A stretch of DNA of 57,015 nucleotides. Origin: a virus. Its lineage: Duplodnaviria > Heunggongvirae > Uroviricota > Caudoviricetes. Of the stretch, positions 29,809-38,890 are shown one piece after another. Position 1 is the first letter of the stretch. Each line of letters begins with the position of its first letter. The stretch lies in the IMG/VR virus record IMGVR_UViG_2522572023_000010; one strand, given 5' to 3'. The notes beneath the pieces were generated by a model. It did not search any database and was not told where the DNA came from. It was given only the letters and a program-made list of their open reading frames with translations. The position numbers and the translations under genes are program-made.

Positions 29809-29882
29809 AGCCTCCTCCCGGGTCCAGAACGCACTCAGCCGGGTATGGTTCAGCCCATTTTTCCCGGCGTCTCATGCCGCAA

Positions 29883-30006
29883 ATGTTAACTGCTGCCTGG
29901 TTAACATTTGCTGAAAAAGCCAGTTAACATTTTTTCCGCACAACAAACTGAATAATAAAGATAAAAACCGCAAAAATGCCCGGACAGCCAGTTAACATGT
30001 TAACTG
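29883..30006. promoter_or_regulatory. putative cos / terminase recognition region with GTTAAC-centred palindromes
   Basis: ATGTTAAC-TGCTGCCTG-GTTAACAT at 29883-29907 and perfect 18-bp palindrome CAGTTAACATGTTAACTG at 29989-30006, between the HNH gene and the terminase small subunit. Confidence 0.45.
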
Positions 30007-30096
30007 CCCTGAAACGGGAATTTTTTCTCTGCGTGAGACGGGGGGCGGTGTCCGGAGCGATCGTTTTTTACGCCGAATGATACCCCCCCGGTCGGG

Positions 30097-30462
30097 TTAC
30101 AGTCCGATGATGTCGTCCGCTCTGCCACTACCTCCGGACACCTCCGGCAGCGTCGGGTCCGGCATACCACCCGCCGCTTCACGAGCAGACTTTTGTCGAT
30201 GGCATTCGGTACAGAGCGTCCAGAGATTCGTCTCCTCATTACCACCACCGAACTGAAGTGCAATTCGGTGATCGAGTTCACTGTCACAGAGGTCAACCAC
30301 ACGACCACAGAGACAGCACTGCCCGGCATCCCTGAGCCAGATATGACGCTTGAGGGAAACACGTGCACTGCCACTGACACGACGCTGTTCACCCTTCAGA
30401 ATATTCACCCGCCGGGTGTTCAGAGTTTTGATTCTGCCCGGTAACGTACGAAGCACAGCCAT
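30097..30462 (-). CDS. HNH endonuclease (terminase-associated)
   Basis: Motif CCLCGRV...LDHRIALQFGG...NLWTLCTECHRQK; located just upstream of the terminase genes. Confidence 0.85.
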   Translation of the reverse strand: MAVLRTLPGRIKTLNTRRVNILKGEQRRVSGSARVSLKRHIWLRDAGQCCLCGRVVDLCDSELDHRIALQFGGGNEETNLWTLCTECHRQKSAREAAGGMPDPTLPEVSGGSGRADDIIGL

Positions 30463-30503
30463 GTAAAATCCTCGCCATATAGCTTGTCACCAGAGGAAAG
30501 AAA

Positions 30504-30704
30504 ATGTCATCGAAAAACCGGCCCCGCAGAACAACAACCCGCAACATCCGTTTCCCCAATCACATGATTGAACAGATCAATATCGCCCTTGAACATAAAG
30601 GTTCCGGTAACTTTTCAGCGTGGGTTATTGAAGCCTGCAGGAGAAGGCTGGCAACAGATGCAACGCATCTGCGTCCGGCCAGCATGACAAATAACGAGAA
30701 ATGA
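30504..30704 (+). CDS. small hypothetical protein (66 aa)
   Basis: ORF with AGGAAAGAAAATG ribosome-binding context; no motif recognised. Confidence 0.3.
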   Translation: MSSKNRPRRTTTRNIRFPNHMIEQINIALEHKGSGNFSAWVIEACRRRLATDATHLRPASMTNNEK

Positions 30705-30835
30705 ACGTTCGGTTACAGGAGCAGGTACCCACTGTCCTCCAACAATATTTCATCTTCATACCCGGCGGAACAAGACTTACCCAGCCGGAATGTACAGAAT
30801 AACAACAGAGTGATAATTAATTTCTGATGAAATAA

Positions 30836-31177
30836 TCAGGGTGCAGAAGGACTAAAGATAAACGTTTTCTTCACGCCTTTACGCGGCCTGTCCTTCTCAA
30901 ATCGCCATTTTGCCATCGCCTTTACAACCTGCTCATCAAACAGATGGTGCGGCTCTGAACGGATAAACTCAATTCGGGTGACAGTACCATCAGCACCAAT
31001 ATCAAACTTCACATCAACCCGTCCCTTTATATAATTTGCCGCTGCATAGGCCGGATATTGTGGTAATGCCTTAACCAACTGTCGGGGCATATCTGTTTTA
31101 TGTTGCGTACAGCCCATAACCAGAGAAGACAACAAAATAATTAACGGAAGATTTCTTTTCATTTTCATTCCCGGCAC
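30836..31177 (-). CDS. lipoprotein with TonB C-terminal-like domain (cargo gene at the bor position)
   Basis: Signal peptide with lipobox LVMGC; C-terminal PQYPAYAAANYIKGRVDVKFDIGADGTVTRIEF resembles a TonB C-terminal domain. Confidence 0.6.
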   Translation of the reverse strand: MPGMKMKRNLPLIILLSSLVMGCTQHKTDMPRQLVKALPQYPAYAAANYIKGRVDVKFDIGADGTVTRIEFIRSEPHHLFDEQVVKAMAKWRFEKDRPRKGVKKTFIFSPSAP

Positions 31178-31500
31178 AGATAAGAATAAGTCTTATTCTA
31201 ACAATGCCACCCTGTCGGCCATCAATCCTCTGCTTAATGGCAACGACAATTATCCGACTTAAATCACAAATCAGACACATGACATAACAGGTCTTGCGAG
31301 GTAACACATCGTCCGGTTTCTTCCACCATCGCACCGAACCAGCGACCATGAGGGGACAACGCCGCGCTCCGTTAACGCGGTAAACCCCGGTGTGTATCGT
31401 TTTTGATTATCCCCGCACACTCGCGCAGAGGAGTCTCCCTGTCGGGCTGCGGTCTCTGTTAATGAGGGAATACAGCGACGATACGGCGCATCAGCAAAAC

Positions 31501-31959
31501 TTAGTTCAGGCACTGAGTGCGGATATAGTCCTGTGCCCCTTCCAGCTGCTTCTGCATTGTCATCAACCGTTCTCTGAGGATGAAATAATCCCGTTCAGCG
31601 GTGTCTGCCAGTCGGGGGCCGGTTGCATTATCCACGCCGGAGGTGCCGGTGGCTTCACGCACGGTACCGGAGCAGGTGGCGTTGATCCGCAGGCGCTTAC
31701 GACCAGCGGCAACATCAGCACGCAGAGTTTCATTTTCAGCTCTCGCATCGGCTAATTCCCTCGAGTATTTTGCATCGAGCGCAGCAACATCGCGCTGGCG
31801 CACCTGCATATCAGTAATGGTTGCGTTTGCCAGCTCCAGCTCTCTGGCTTTTTTATCGCGCTGCGCTTTGTAGGTGATGACGTTATCGCGGTAATGATTC
31901 AGCCCCAGACTAAGCGCACCACAGACCACCAGCAGAATAACGGTAAACGCGGAAAGCAT
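31501..31959 (-). CDS. Rz: Rz i-spanin
   Basis: N-terminal transmembrane segment then coiled-coil; contains embedded Rz1 in the +1 frame; start set at internal ATG (MLSAF...). Confidence 0.8.
   Translation of the reverse strand: MLSAFTVILLVVCGALSLGLNHYRDNVITYKAQRDKKARELELANATITDMQVRQRDVAALDAKYSRELADARAENETLRADVAAGRKRLRINATCSGTVREATGTSGVDNATGPRLADTAERDYFILRERLMTMQKQLEGAQDYIRTQCLN
31563..31748 (-). CDS. Rz1: Rz1 o-spanin lipoprotein embedded in Rz
   Basis: MRELKMKLCVLMLPLVVSACGSTPPAPVPCVKPPAPPAW: signal peptide, lipobox Cys, Pro-rich. Confidence 0.75.
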   Translation of the reverse strand: MRELKMKLCVLMLPLVVSACGSTPPAPVPCVKPPAPPAWIMQPAPDWQTPLNGIISSSENG

Positions 31960-32196
31960 TCGGTTTATGCTCACCCCACCAGCCCTGCCGAAGTCAACGC
32001 CATCCAGGTTATGGAAAGAAAAAGAACAACCAGCATTAGTGAAAATGAAATACCGACGATTACACAAAGGCCCTTCGCCAGCATTATGAGTTTGTCTGAC
32101 ATCTTTACCCCTTAATAGCAGTAATTAACCGGGCAACCACCCATAAAAACGGAATCAGCCAGACCAGCAAAAATTTCCAGTCCGTTTTTATCATCT

Positions 32197-32892
32197 TCAT
32201 GCTGCGGTAGCTCTCCATGCAGCAAGCAGACCAGCAATCCACTGAACACCTTTTGGGGTGAATTTAACCTGCGTAAAAGCATGACCATTGCCCGCCTCGC
32301 CCGTTTTCACGCTAAACCGCCCCGCATCCAGGTGATGCGAGTAAGGCGTCATTTTTCCAGCGAGGCGATACATTATTCCGTTCTCCAACAAAAACAGCCG
32401 GAAATCGGTTTCTTTGATACCGAGTAACTTAGCAACTTCCCGGAATCCCATCAGACCAGATGCTTCAACATAGTTATCAACAAATTCAGCCTTCGGCGCT
32501 GCTATTGCCAGTTGATTTTCCAGCACTGCTTTCTGTTCAGCCAGTTTTGCCGCAAATCGCAACGCCTCAGGTAAAGTCCGGGGGATCTGAATACCATGCA
32601 TCGCTTTGAGTCTTGCCAGCACAGAACGACGAACGGCCTTTGACTCCCTCATGCCAACGAGCATCATCTGGTCAAAATCCAGATCATAGTATGCCGTTCT
32701 TGTCTGGTTATTGTTTAACCGGAATTTTTTTCCGGTTCCATCAAGCTCTAGCTCATCCTCAATTTTTGCAAGAAACTTACGCGGTTCATGAGGGACTTCT
32801 CCGGCTTCTGCCCGGGCTGGATTAATAATGTTATTCAGAAAATCCAGACTACTCATGGATATTTCATGATCGATAGAAATCATCTCTTTCAT
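32197..32892 (-). CDS. phage antirepressor-like protein (KilAC/Ant-type)
   Basis: 231 aa; sits between endolysin and Rz as in Stx-phage lysis cassettes. Confidence 0.65.
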   Translation of the reverse strand: MKEMISIDHEISMSSLDFLNNIINPARAEAGEVPHEPRKFLAKIEDELELDGTGKKFRLNNNQTRTAYYDLDFDQMMLVGMRESKAVRRSVLARLKAMHGIQIPRTLPEALRFAAKLAEQKAVLENQLAIAAPKAEFVDNYVEASGLMGFREVAKLLGIKETDFRLFLLENGIMYRLAGKMTPYSHHLDAGRFSVKTGEAGNGHAFTQVKFTPKGVQWIAGLLAAWRATAA

Positions 32893-33165
32893 GGTTGATT
32901 CCTTTTAGTGATGAACCCTGCGCACAGGAATAACCAGCCCAAAGAGGGTTAACCAGACCACTGCCGGTTATCCACTAGGGCTCATCCTGAAAGGTTCTTT
33001 GGTTTATTTACGCTTGTGCGAAGCGCAGAAATGACAAAGGCACCATTACGGTGCCTCTGCGTGAAATAATCTGCCTAACTTTATTCACTTACATTTTGCC
33101 AGTTCGCAGGATTTCGTGTTATCCGCCCGCGCTGGCCAACGTCATTTTTCAGCAAAATATTCTGC

Positions 33166-33699
33166 TTATCTGTCGATTCCCCAGCACGCCAGAGCGCTCT
33201 CCTGGTCACGACGGGATACCTGACCATAACAGTTATTTGAGCGAATACGGCAGTCTCTGCCACCGTCCTTAATCCACCAGCGAATCGCCTCGCATGCTCC
33301 CCTGCGGTCACCAGCATTAATCCGTCTGTAAAACGTCGACGGGAAACACTTACCGGGGCCAATGTTGTACGGACAGAATGACGCAATCCCCGCTTTCTGG
33401 GGTTCGGTCAGTGGCACTCTGATGTTTTTCGCCACCCATGCCAGCGCCTTATCACGCTCAATGGCGTTAACCCGGTCGCATTTTTCCTTCGACAACTTCA
33501 TGCCCGGAACGACAGGTTTACCATCCACCAGGATGGCACCGCGGCAGATGGTCCAGATACCCGCGCCATCACGGTATGCCGTGGTGTGGTTACCTTCCTT
33601 TTCATCCAGAAACTGGTCGAGGATTTCAGGCGCAGGCGCACCTGCGGCAATCAGCGCCAGAACGGCAGCCGACAGGCCGTATCTGATTTTGGTGTTCAT
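33166..33699 (-). CDS. R: SAR endolysin (lysozyme, GH24-like)
   Basis: N-terminal signal-anchor-release segment LSAAVLALIAAGAPA followed by a lysozyme-like region (catalytic Glu inferred, not aligned). Confidence 0.88.
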   Translation of the reverse strand: MNTKIRYGLSAAVLALIAAGAPAPEILDQFLDEKEGNHTTAYRDGAGIWTICRGAILVDGKPVVPGMKLSKEKCDRVNAIERDKALAWVAKNIRVPLTEPQKAGIASFCPYNIGPGKCFPSTFYRRINAGDRRGACEAIRWWIKDGGRDCRIRSNNCYGQVSRRDQESALACWGIDR

Positions 33700-33749
33700 G
33701 GATATTTATCAGGGTTTATCGATTTCAAATCCCTGGATATGTTAAGTCT

Positions 33750-34094
33750 TCAGGCCAGCGGTGGAGTCTTCAGAGAACCAGTAATTATTCCCGGTAGTTT
33801 TCCTCTGTAGGTTATCAACACATCCTGCGCCTCTAAAATGATGGGCCGCTTTTCCGGCAACGGACCATCCCCTTCACATAACCCGGCAGCAACATCCATG
33901 AAAAACTGCTTCGCCTGCTTTTTCGCCTCAGCTTCGTAAAACTCCAGCGTGGCTCCTTCAGTACGGTCAAGACTAATCGCCACATCTGGCAACAACAACG
34001 ACGGATGCCCGCCAATTTCAAGTGCCACAGTAACAGCAATCTTATCCGGGTAATTATTTATCTCTTTAACAACCAGTTCGTATTTTTTCTTCAT
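33750..34094 (-). CDS. hypothetical protein between holin and endolysin (DUF1327-like)
   Basis: 114 aa; conserved position in Stx-type lysis cassettes. Confidence 0.55.
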   Translation of the reverse strand: MKKKYELVVKEINNYPDKIAVTVALEIGGHPSLLLPDVAISLDRTEGATLEFYEAEAKKQAKQFFMDVAAGLCEGDGPLPEKRPIILEAQDVLITYRGKLPGIITGSLKTPPLA

Positions 34095-34098
34095 CGCT

Positions 34099-34305
34099 TT
34101 AGTCTCCCCGCGCCGTCTTACGGCGGTCCTCCCTGATTTTGAAATACAGGTTAGTCAGATACGTCAGCAGGCCAAACAGCAGACTCCCCAGTACACCTAT
34201 TGCCACCCACTGGGACGGAGAGACTTTGTCCAGCAGCTGCAGTAACCAGTATCCCGTCCCCACCGCTGACGTGGTGTATGACACACCTGTTGTGATTTTT
34301 TCCAT
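34099..34305 (-). CDS. S: holin (class II, 933W/phage 21-type S)
   Basis: [63 protein letters not shown]: two transmembrane segments. Confidence 0.85.
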   Translation of the reverse strand: MEKITTGVSYTTSAVGTGYWLLQLLDKVSPSQWVAIGVLGSLLFGLLTYLTNLYFKIREDRRKTARGD

Positions 34306-34597
34306 CTGATGTATGTCTCCGTCACCGCCGACAGAAAATGAAAGTAAAGGAAAACAAAAAGCCGCCAGTGTCACCCACTGACGGCCAACTCCGGGAGCCG
34401 TGATTATGGCATTCAGGCTCTGCTAAAAATGCCAGATAACATTCCGACCAACCCCTGATTCAGGTTATAAATGACACAATATCTTGACAACATCCGTCAC
34501 TGTCTGTCAGAAAATGTACTGCCAAATATAAGTATCATGTGAAGTACATCTACCCGTTTTAGCCAGCGTCCTTCAGAGTGGGCGCTGGCTTTTTTTA

Positions 34598-36448
34598 TTA
34601 TGCTGCCGGTGCATTTATCTCCAGCATCAGACTTTCTATCTCAACGCCATACGCTGCATTTTTTGTAACATCCGTCAGCGTCAGCGCATTCAGTCCCAGT
34701 GTCAGACTGTCTTTTATAACCTGGAATGCCGGGCCAGCCACTCCATTCAGTTTCGGAGTAACCGTGGTACTGCCGGCGGTGAACACCAGCTCCAGCGTCT
34801 GCCAGTCGTTACCGTAATCGCCGAACTCCCCCAGCTTCGTGTTTCCGGCTTTCCTGTGATGCATCAGATTCACTCTGCCGTCAGTGGTCTGAGTGAAGTA
34901 CGACATCAGGAACGGATTACCGGTACCCGTCATCGCCACACCATCAGGAACGGGAGCATCCGTATACAGATAAATCCCCAGCCCGAACTGATTGTTGGTC
35001 AGTGCGCCTGACAGGCGGAACTTACAGGTCAGTCTGCCGCCCTGTGTCAGCAGGGTAATTGCGTCATCCACCGGATGCGTCAGGGACCAGGTTTTATTGC
35101 TCTGCTTGGTGATCTTAAATACACCATCTGACAACTGAATTCCGCCATCCTTAATGCTCCAGCCCTGCGCAGCAGCCTCTCCGGCTGCCGGCAGCAGGGA
35201 GATTGTGCGAACGGACGTATCTGCAGACGGACCCGATGGCGTGTTGCCGCCGGGCGAGGGTTTGATTTCCGGTGCCTTACCACTGATGAAGGCTGAGGTG
35301 CGCCCGGCTGCGTTCAGAATAGCGGTTGCCAGACGATCCGGAATAATGCTCCTGCGCGCCCATGAACTGAAATGTGTCGGGCGGTTTGATGATACCTGGT
35401 TTCCATTCGTTCTCGATGCCGCACCGTAATATCCTGATGCCGGAATATCCGGATCTTCTGCCGGCGCGTTAGTGGCGGTATTGACGCCGTTACCGTCTGT
35501 CATGAAGGGCACAAAATAAACGCCCTCACTCTCCCTGTTTTTATACCCGCCGTACACGGTGTCGTACTGGGTAGCGTATGTATTTTTCCAGTAATACGTC
35601 GTGTCACCACAAATCCACGGCACATCTGCAGCACTGCCACCATGGCACTGCGCGTTAAACACGGAGAGGTCAGCACGAAACTGTGTCAGCATGGCTGTAA
35701 ACAGCGCAGGTTGCTGTGCGTGGGTGGCGGCGCTCATGTCAAACTCACCCTGCATCCAGCAGACGGCCAGCAGAACGTTTTTGGGATTTTTCTGCAATGC
35801 CGCTTTTGTGCGGGAAATCAGATCCTGATATAACGGCTTGCCCACCCCCCAGCGTGCCGAATCCTGACTGGCCCCCGTGGACTCGCTGAATGTCCCCTCC
35901 GCGCCCTGGGTAAATGCCGAACCACCACGACAGCATGGTACCAGCAGGATCCCCGCGTTATTCGGGATATACGGGAGCAGTTTTTTGGCAATATGTAAAC
36001 CCTGACCGACACAGCCGTACTGCCCTTTGCTCAGGTCAGCCCTCGGATGATTCAGCGTACTCATATCCTGCACATCATGCAGACAGTGGTCAGCCGGAAT
36101 AATATCGTTATATCTGCAGGCAGCCCCGCCCGGCGTCACTGTACTGCGGCGCGCCAGCTGTTTAATGCGCGGATCCGGAGCATCGTATGAATCCGGCAGC
36201 GGAAGCCCTTCACCGTAAGCCATGGCATTGGACTGCCCGGCCAGTACGATGACGTAGTACCAATCCGGCTCAGATGAAGGGCCGACCTGTGGCTCTCCTT
36301 CAATAGCCACCGCCTGCATCAGTGTGTACGGCGTAATGGCAACCGGTCCGCCGTATGGCTGCCAGCCCTCTTTCAGTTTGTGTGTCAGCTTTTCCGCAAG
36401 GTCTGACGGCGACGCCGCCCTGACAACATCATAATGTTTAATCGACAT
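34598..36448 (-). CDS. nanS-p: prophage sialate O-acetylesterase (NanS-p-like; DUF1737 N-terminus plus SASA esterase)
   Basis: 616 aa beginning MSIKHYDVVRAASPSDLAEKLTHKLKEGWQPYGGP; downstream of the stx slot as in Stx phages. Confidence 0.8.
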   Translation of the reverse strand: MSIKHYDVVRAASPSDLAEKLTHKLKEGWQPYGGPVAITPYTLMQAVAIEGEPQVGPSSEPDWYYVIVLAGQSNAMAYGEGLPLPDSYDAPDPRIKQLARRSTVTPGGAACRYNDIIPADHCLHDVQDMSTLNHPRADLSKGQYGCVGQGLHIAKKLLPYIPNNAGILLVPCCRGGSAFTQGAEGTFSESTGASQDSARWGVGKPLYQDLISRTKAALQKNPKNVLLAVCWMQGEFDMSAATHAQQPALFTAMLTQFRADLSVFNAQCHGGSAADVPWICGDTTYYWKNTYATQYDTVYGGYKNRESEGVYFVPFMTDGNGVNTATNAPAEDPDIPASGYYGAASRTNGNQVSSNRPTHFSSWARRSIIPDRLATAILNAAGRTSAFISGKAPEIKPSPGGNTPSGPSADTSVRTISLLPAAGEAAAQGWSIKDGGIQLSDGVFKITKQSNKTWSLTHPVDDAITLLTQGGRLTCKFRLSGALTNNQFGLGIYLYTDAPVPDGVAMTGTGNPFLMSYFTQTTDGRVNLMHHRKAGNTKLGEFGDYGNDWQTLELVFTAGSTTVTPKLNGVAGPAFQVIKDSLTLGLNALTLTDVTKNAAYGVEIESLMLEINAPAA

Positions 36449-36926
36449 CGAATTTCTCCCGTGTACAGGAACAGAGTTAAAAAGCCGGAACCGGAATCAA
36501 ATCACAGGATGACCATCTGCCAGTGGCTGGTCGTAAAAAAAAGGCCGCGCCATGCGCAGCCGAAAATAAAGGGATAACGATGATAGTTTGAGAAAAACAG
36601 AAATAACACTTTTGTGGCAAAGCATGGTGCCGGGTGCCTCCCGGTGAATTCAGTACCAGCACCTGAATCCGCGATTATCCCATATACCTACTCGCTGATT
36701 GCCCCTCCGCACAGGGGGATTCACCATGCAGTAGTATTTTTAATAAACAGTAAACAAAAAAATCAAGCATTATGCAGGCTGTTTCTTTTTATCACCGGCC
36801 ACAGCAATACCACAATGCCGCAGACCAGCACCCCATCCGCCAGCACCGACATGATTCTGCTGGTGAAATCCACCATCACCACCAGAAACAGCAGGAGTGC
36901 AGCCACAGCCAGGCGCAGTTTTACCG

Positions 36927-37358
36927 TCACTGGTGATTCTCCAGACGAAGACCCAGAACACCGGCAATCTCTTCCAGCACCTTGCGCTCTTCCGGCTCAA
37001 TTTCGCCGTCTGCCTCCGCAATGGCCACCGCCACATCCAGCACATCTTCCGCTTCACGCGTATCGTGTTTCACATCTTCAATTTCACGCAATGCCGCTCG
37101 ACGACCAATTTTAAAGTTCGTATCCAGCTGACCGATAATGGTTGCGCTAATCGCATTAATTTCTGACGTAAACGCGGACAACGCAGGCTGGTTACGCAAG
37201 ATCTGCTCGATCTTCGCTTTCTCTGAAGCCTCACATTCACCATCTGCATAGGCCACCAGATAGGCAGCATTAATAACCGCCTGTGCCAGATCACGTTTCT
37301 CAAACTTTTTAATTTCCACTGCCGCTCGGCGGGCTTTTTTACCAAAAATACCAAACAT
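36927..37358 (-). CDS. TerB-family (tellurite resistance-like) protein
   Basis: MFGIFGKKARRAAVEIKKFEKRDLAQAVINAAYLVAYADGECEASEKAKIEQIL... typical TerB; AAGGA ribosome-binding site before the internal ATG at 37358. Confidence 0.8.
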   Translation of the reverse strand: MFGIFGKKARRAAVEIKKFEKRDLAQAVINAAYLVAYADGECEASEKAKIEQILRNQPALSAFTSEINAISATIIGQLDTNFKIGRRAALREIEDVKHDTREAEDVLDVAVAIAEADGEIEPEERKVLEEIAGVLGLRLENHQ

Positions 37359-37489
37359 CGTGACGTTCCTTTGGGTGGGTGAGCCAACGCCCGGGAGCGA
37401 TCTGCCCACAGAGAAAGTCACACTGACCACTCCGTAAGCTCACCCCCGAAAGGCTCTGTGGTTGATATGCGCCGGGCGTGGCGCGGATA

Positions 37490-37513
37490 CAAAAAAGGCC
37501 GCCAATAGCGACC
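37490..37513 (-). terminator. intrinsic terminator-like hairpin plus T-run (one copy of a 30-bp direct repeat)
   Basis: ggatacaaaaaaGGCCGCCaataGCGACC; paired with a near-identical element at 38071-38101. Confidence 0.5.
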
Positions 37514-37547
37514 TCAGTTACGGGATTATTCTGGGGTTAAACGACTG

Positions 37548-37757
37548 TTACTCCCCCCAGACAAAATCATCACTTCCTGTTCGATGCGAGCCATAGTGAA
37601 CCTCGTACTTATCTCCCATCTTTCTTGCTTCCGTTTCTGCGTCTTCCTCTGTCGCAAAAACCCCAACAAGATGCCAGGGCGAGCTTCTTACCACAGCCCA
37701 ACCTTTAACCCATCCTTTGTTGTCCTTATCTTCCATTAACACTTCAGAAACAAACAT
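37548..37757 (-). CDS. hypothetical 69-aa protein in the stx slot
   Basis: ORF track; no motif recognised. Confidence 0.5.
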   Translation of the reverse strand: MFVSEVLMEDKDNKGWVKGWAVVRSSPWHLVGVFATEEDAETEARKMGDKYEVHYGSHRTGSDDFVWGE

Positions 37758-37809
37758 ATTTATCTCCTTGTGGGTACCCAGAGATATTTTATGATTGCTC
37801 CCGGTCAGA

Positions 37810-38034
37810 TCAATAAAGTGGCTTCAATTTTGCCTTAATGATCAAATCAGGGTGATTGACGGAATCGTACACCACCTCAATATTTTCATCCGTGGCGTCG
37901 ATAAGATATTCTTTTACATAAGGACCTGTTGATTTTCCATGAAATACATCTTCAACAAGTACACTCTCCCCCTGAACAACACGAAAACTAACTTCTGTTT
38001 CGAACGGACCAATCGTCACCATCAGTTTTTTCAC
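37810..38034 (-). CDS. hypothetical 74-aa protein in the stx slot
   Basis: ORF track; no motif recognised. Confidence 0.5.
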   Translation of the reverse strand: MKKLMVTIGPFETEVSFRVVQGESVLVEDVFHGKSTGPYVKEYLIDATDENIEVVYDSVNHPDLIIKAKLKPLY

Positions 38035-38076
38035 ATAGCCTCCTGATAAGCACTCGATTTATTAGTTAATGGTGTA

Positions 38077-38101
38077 ACGCAGATACAAAAAAAGGCCCGC
38101 A
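38077..38101 (-). terminator. intrinsic terminator after the tRNA cluster
   Basis: Minus strand reads GGCUCGC-UUUU-GCGGGCC followed by UUUUUUU. Confidence 0.6.
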
Positions 38102-38124
38102 AAAGCGAGCCAAGTAAATAAATA

Positions 38125-38201
38125 TGGCGCGTTGTACTGGATTCGAACCAGTGACCGATTGCTTAGAAGGCAATTGCTCTGTCCGACTGAGCTAACAACG
38201 C
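38125..38201 (-). tRNA. argO: tRNA-Arg (anticodon UCU)
   Basis: 77 nt GCGTTGTTAGCTCAGTCGGACAGAGCAATTGCCTTCTAAGCAATCGGTCACTGGTTCGAATCCAGTACAACGCGCCA; cloverleaf with anticodon loop CTTCTAA. Confidence 0.9.
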
Positions 38202-38214
38202 ATGATGCTGATAA

Positions 38215-38291
38215 TGGACCGCCATCGGGGACTTGAACCCCGCACAGCCAGCTTCGAAGGCTGACGCTCTATCCCGATGAGCTAATGGCGG
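38215..38291 (-). tRNA. argN: tRNA-Arg (anticodon UCG)
   Basis: 77 nt CCGCCATTAGCTCATCGGGATAGAGCGTCAGCCTTCGAAGCTGGCTGTGCGGGGTTCAAGTCCCCGATGGCGGTCCA; anticodon loop CTTCGAA. Confidence 0.85.
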
Positions 38292-38298
38292 TATGTGA

Positions 38299-38374
38299 TG
38301 GTGGCCCTTGCTGGATTTGAACCAGCGACCTGGCGATTATGAGTCGCTCGCTCTCACCACTGAGCTAAAGGGCC
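38299..38374 (-). tRNA. ileZ: tRNA-Ile2 (anticodon CAU, lysidine type; formally Met-like)
   Basis: 76 nt GGCCCTTTAGCTCAGTGGTGAGAGCGAGCGACTCATAATCGCCAGGTCGCTGGTTCAAATCCAGCAAGGGCCACCA, close to E. coli tRNA-Ile2. Confidence 0.85.
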
Positions 38375-38745
38375 GGGCGCAGGATAATAACGGTACGTAA
38401 CTAATTCTGCAATATCATCCGTTCTGACTGACTACATTCTGAACTTCCCTGACCGTCTGCTCAAAACGCCCGCTCTCCAGCTCAACGCCAATTGCACGAC
38501 GCCCCAGCGCCATTGCTGCTTTGACGCTACGGACATAAAAAAGCCAGCCACTGGGGGAGGCTGGCGAAACTCGTAGAGCAAAAGTGTTGTTACACTAACT
38601 TCGTCACAGGGTTATCCTGCAATACTCAAAATACACAATATTTACAAAACTAATAGTATACAAGGCGATCTTTAAGATTTTGTTATAAATTATTGCCTTT
38701 CTCCTCTTTCCATGAGCTTTCTGGATAGCCACAGAATTCCGGGTA

Positions 38746-38770
38746 CAGAAAAACCCGCTCAGCGGCGGGT
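38746..38770 (-). terminator. intrinsic terminator on the late strand (tR'-like) upstream of the tRNA block
   Basis: Minus strand reads ACCCGC-loop-GCGGGU followed by UUUUU. Confidence 0.5.
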
Positions 38771-38890
38771 TTAAGTTGTGTGGCGAAGTAACCACTCTTA
38801 ACACGATATAATACTTTTTGCGTACGCGTTAGGATTTTTATAAACTATGCGTCCCCATTCTCGCTATCTTTAGTCGGTCCTGGAATACAC

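Noticed and set aside
35080-36102. Short ORFs on both strands inside the NanS-p esterase gene
   Set aside because: Embedded within or antisense to a 616-aa ORF with conserved esterase architecture.
37548-38034. Shiga toxin genes stxA/stxB in the Q-tRNA-nanS slot
   Set aside because: The slot contains only two ORFs of 74 and 69 aa with no signal peptide or A/B-subunit features; nothing of stxA size (about 315 aa) is present.
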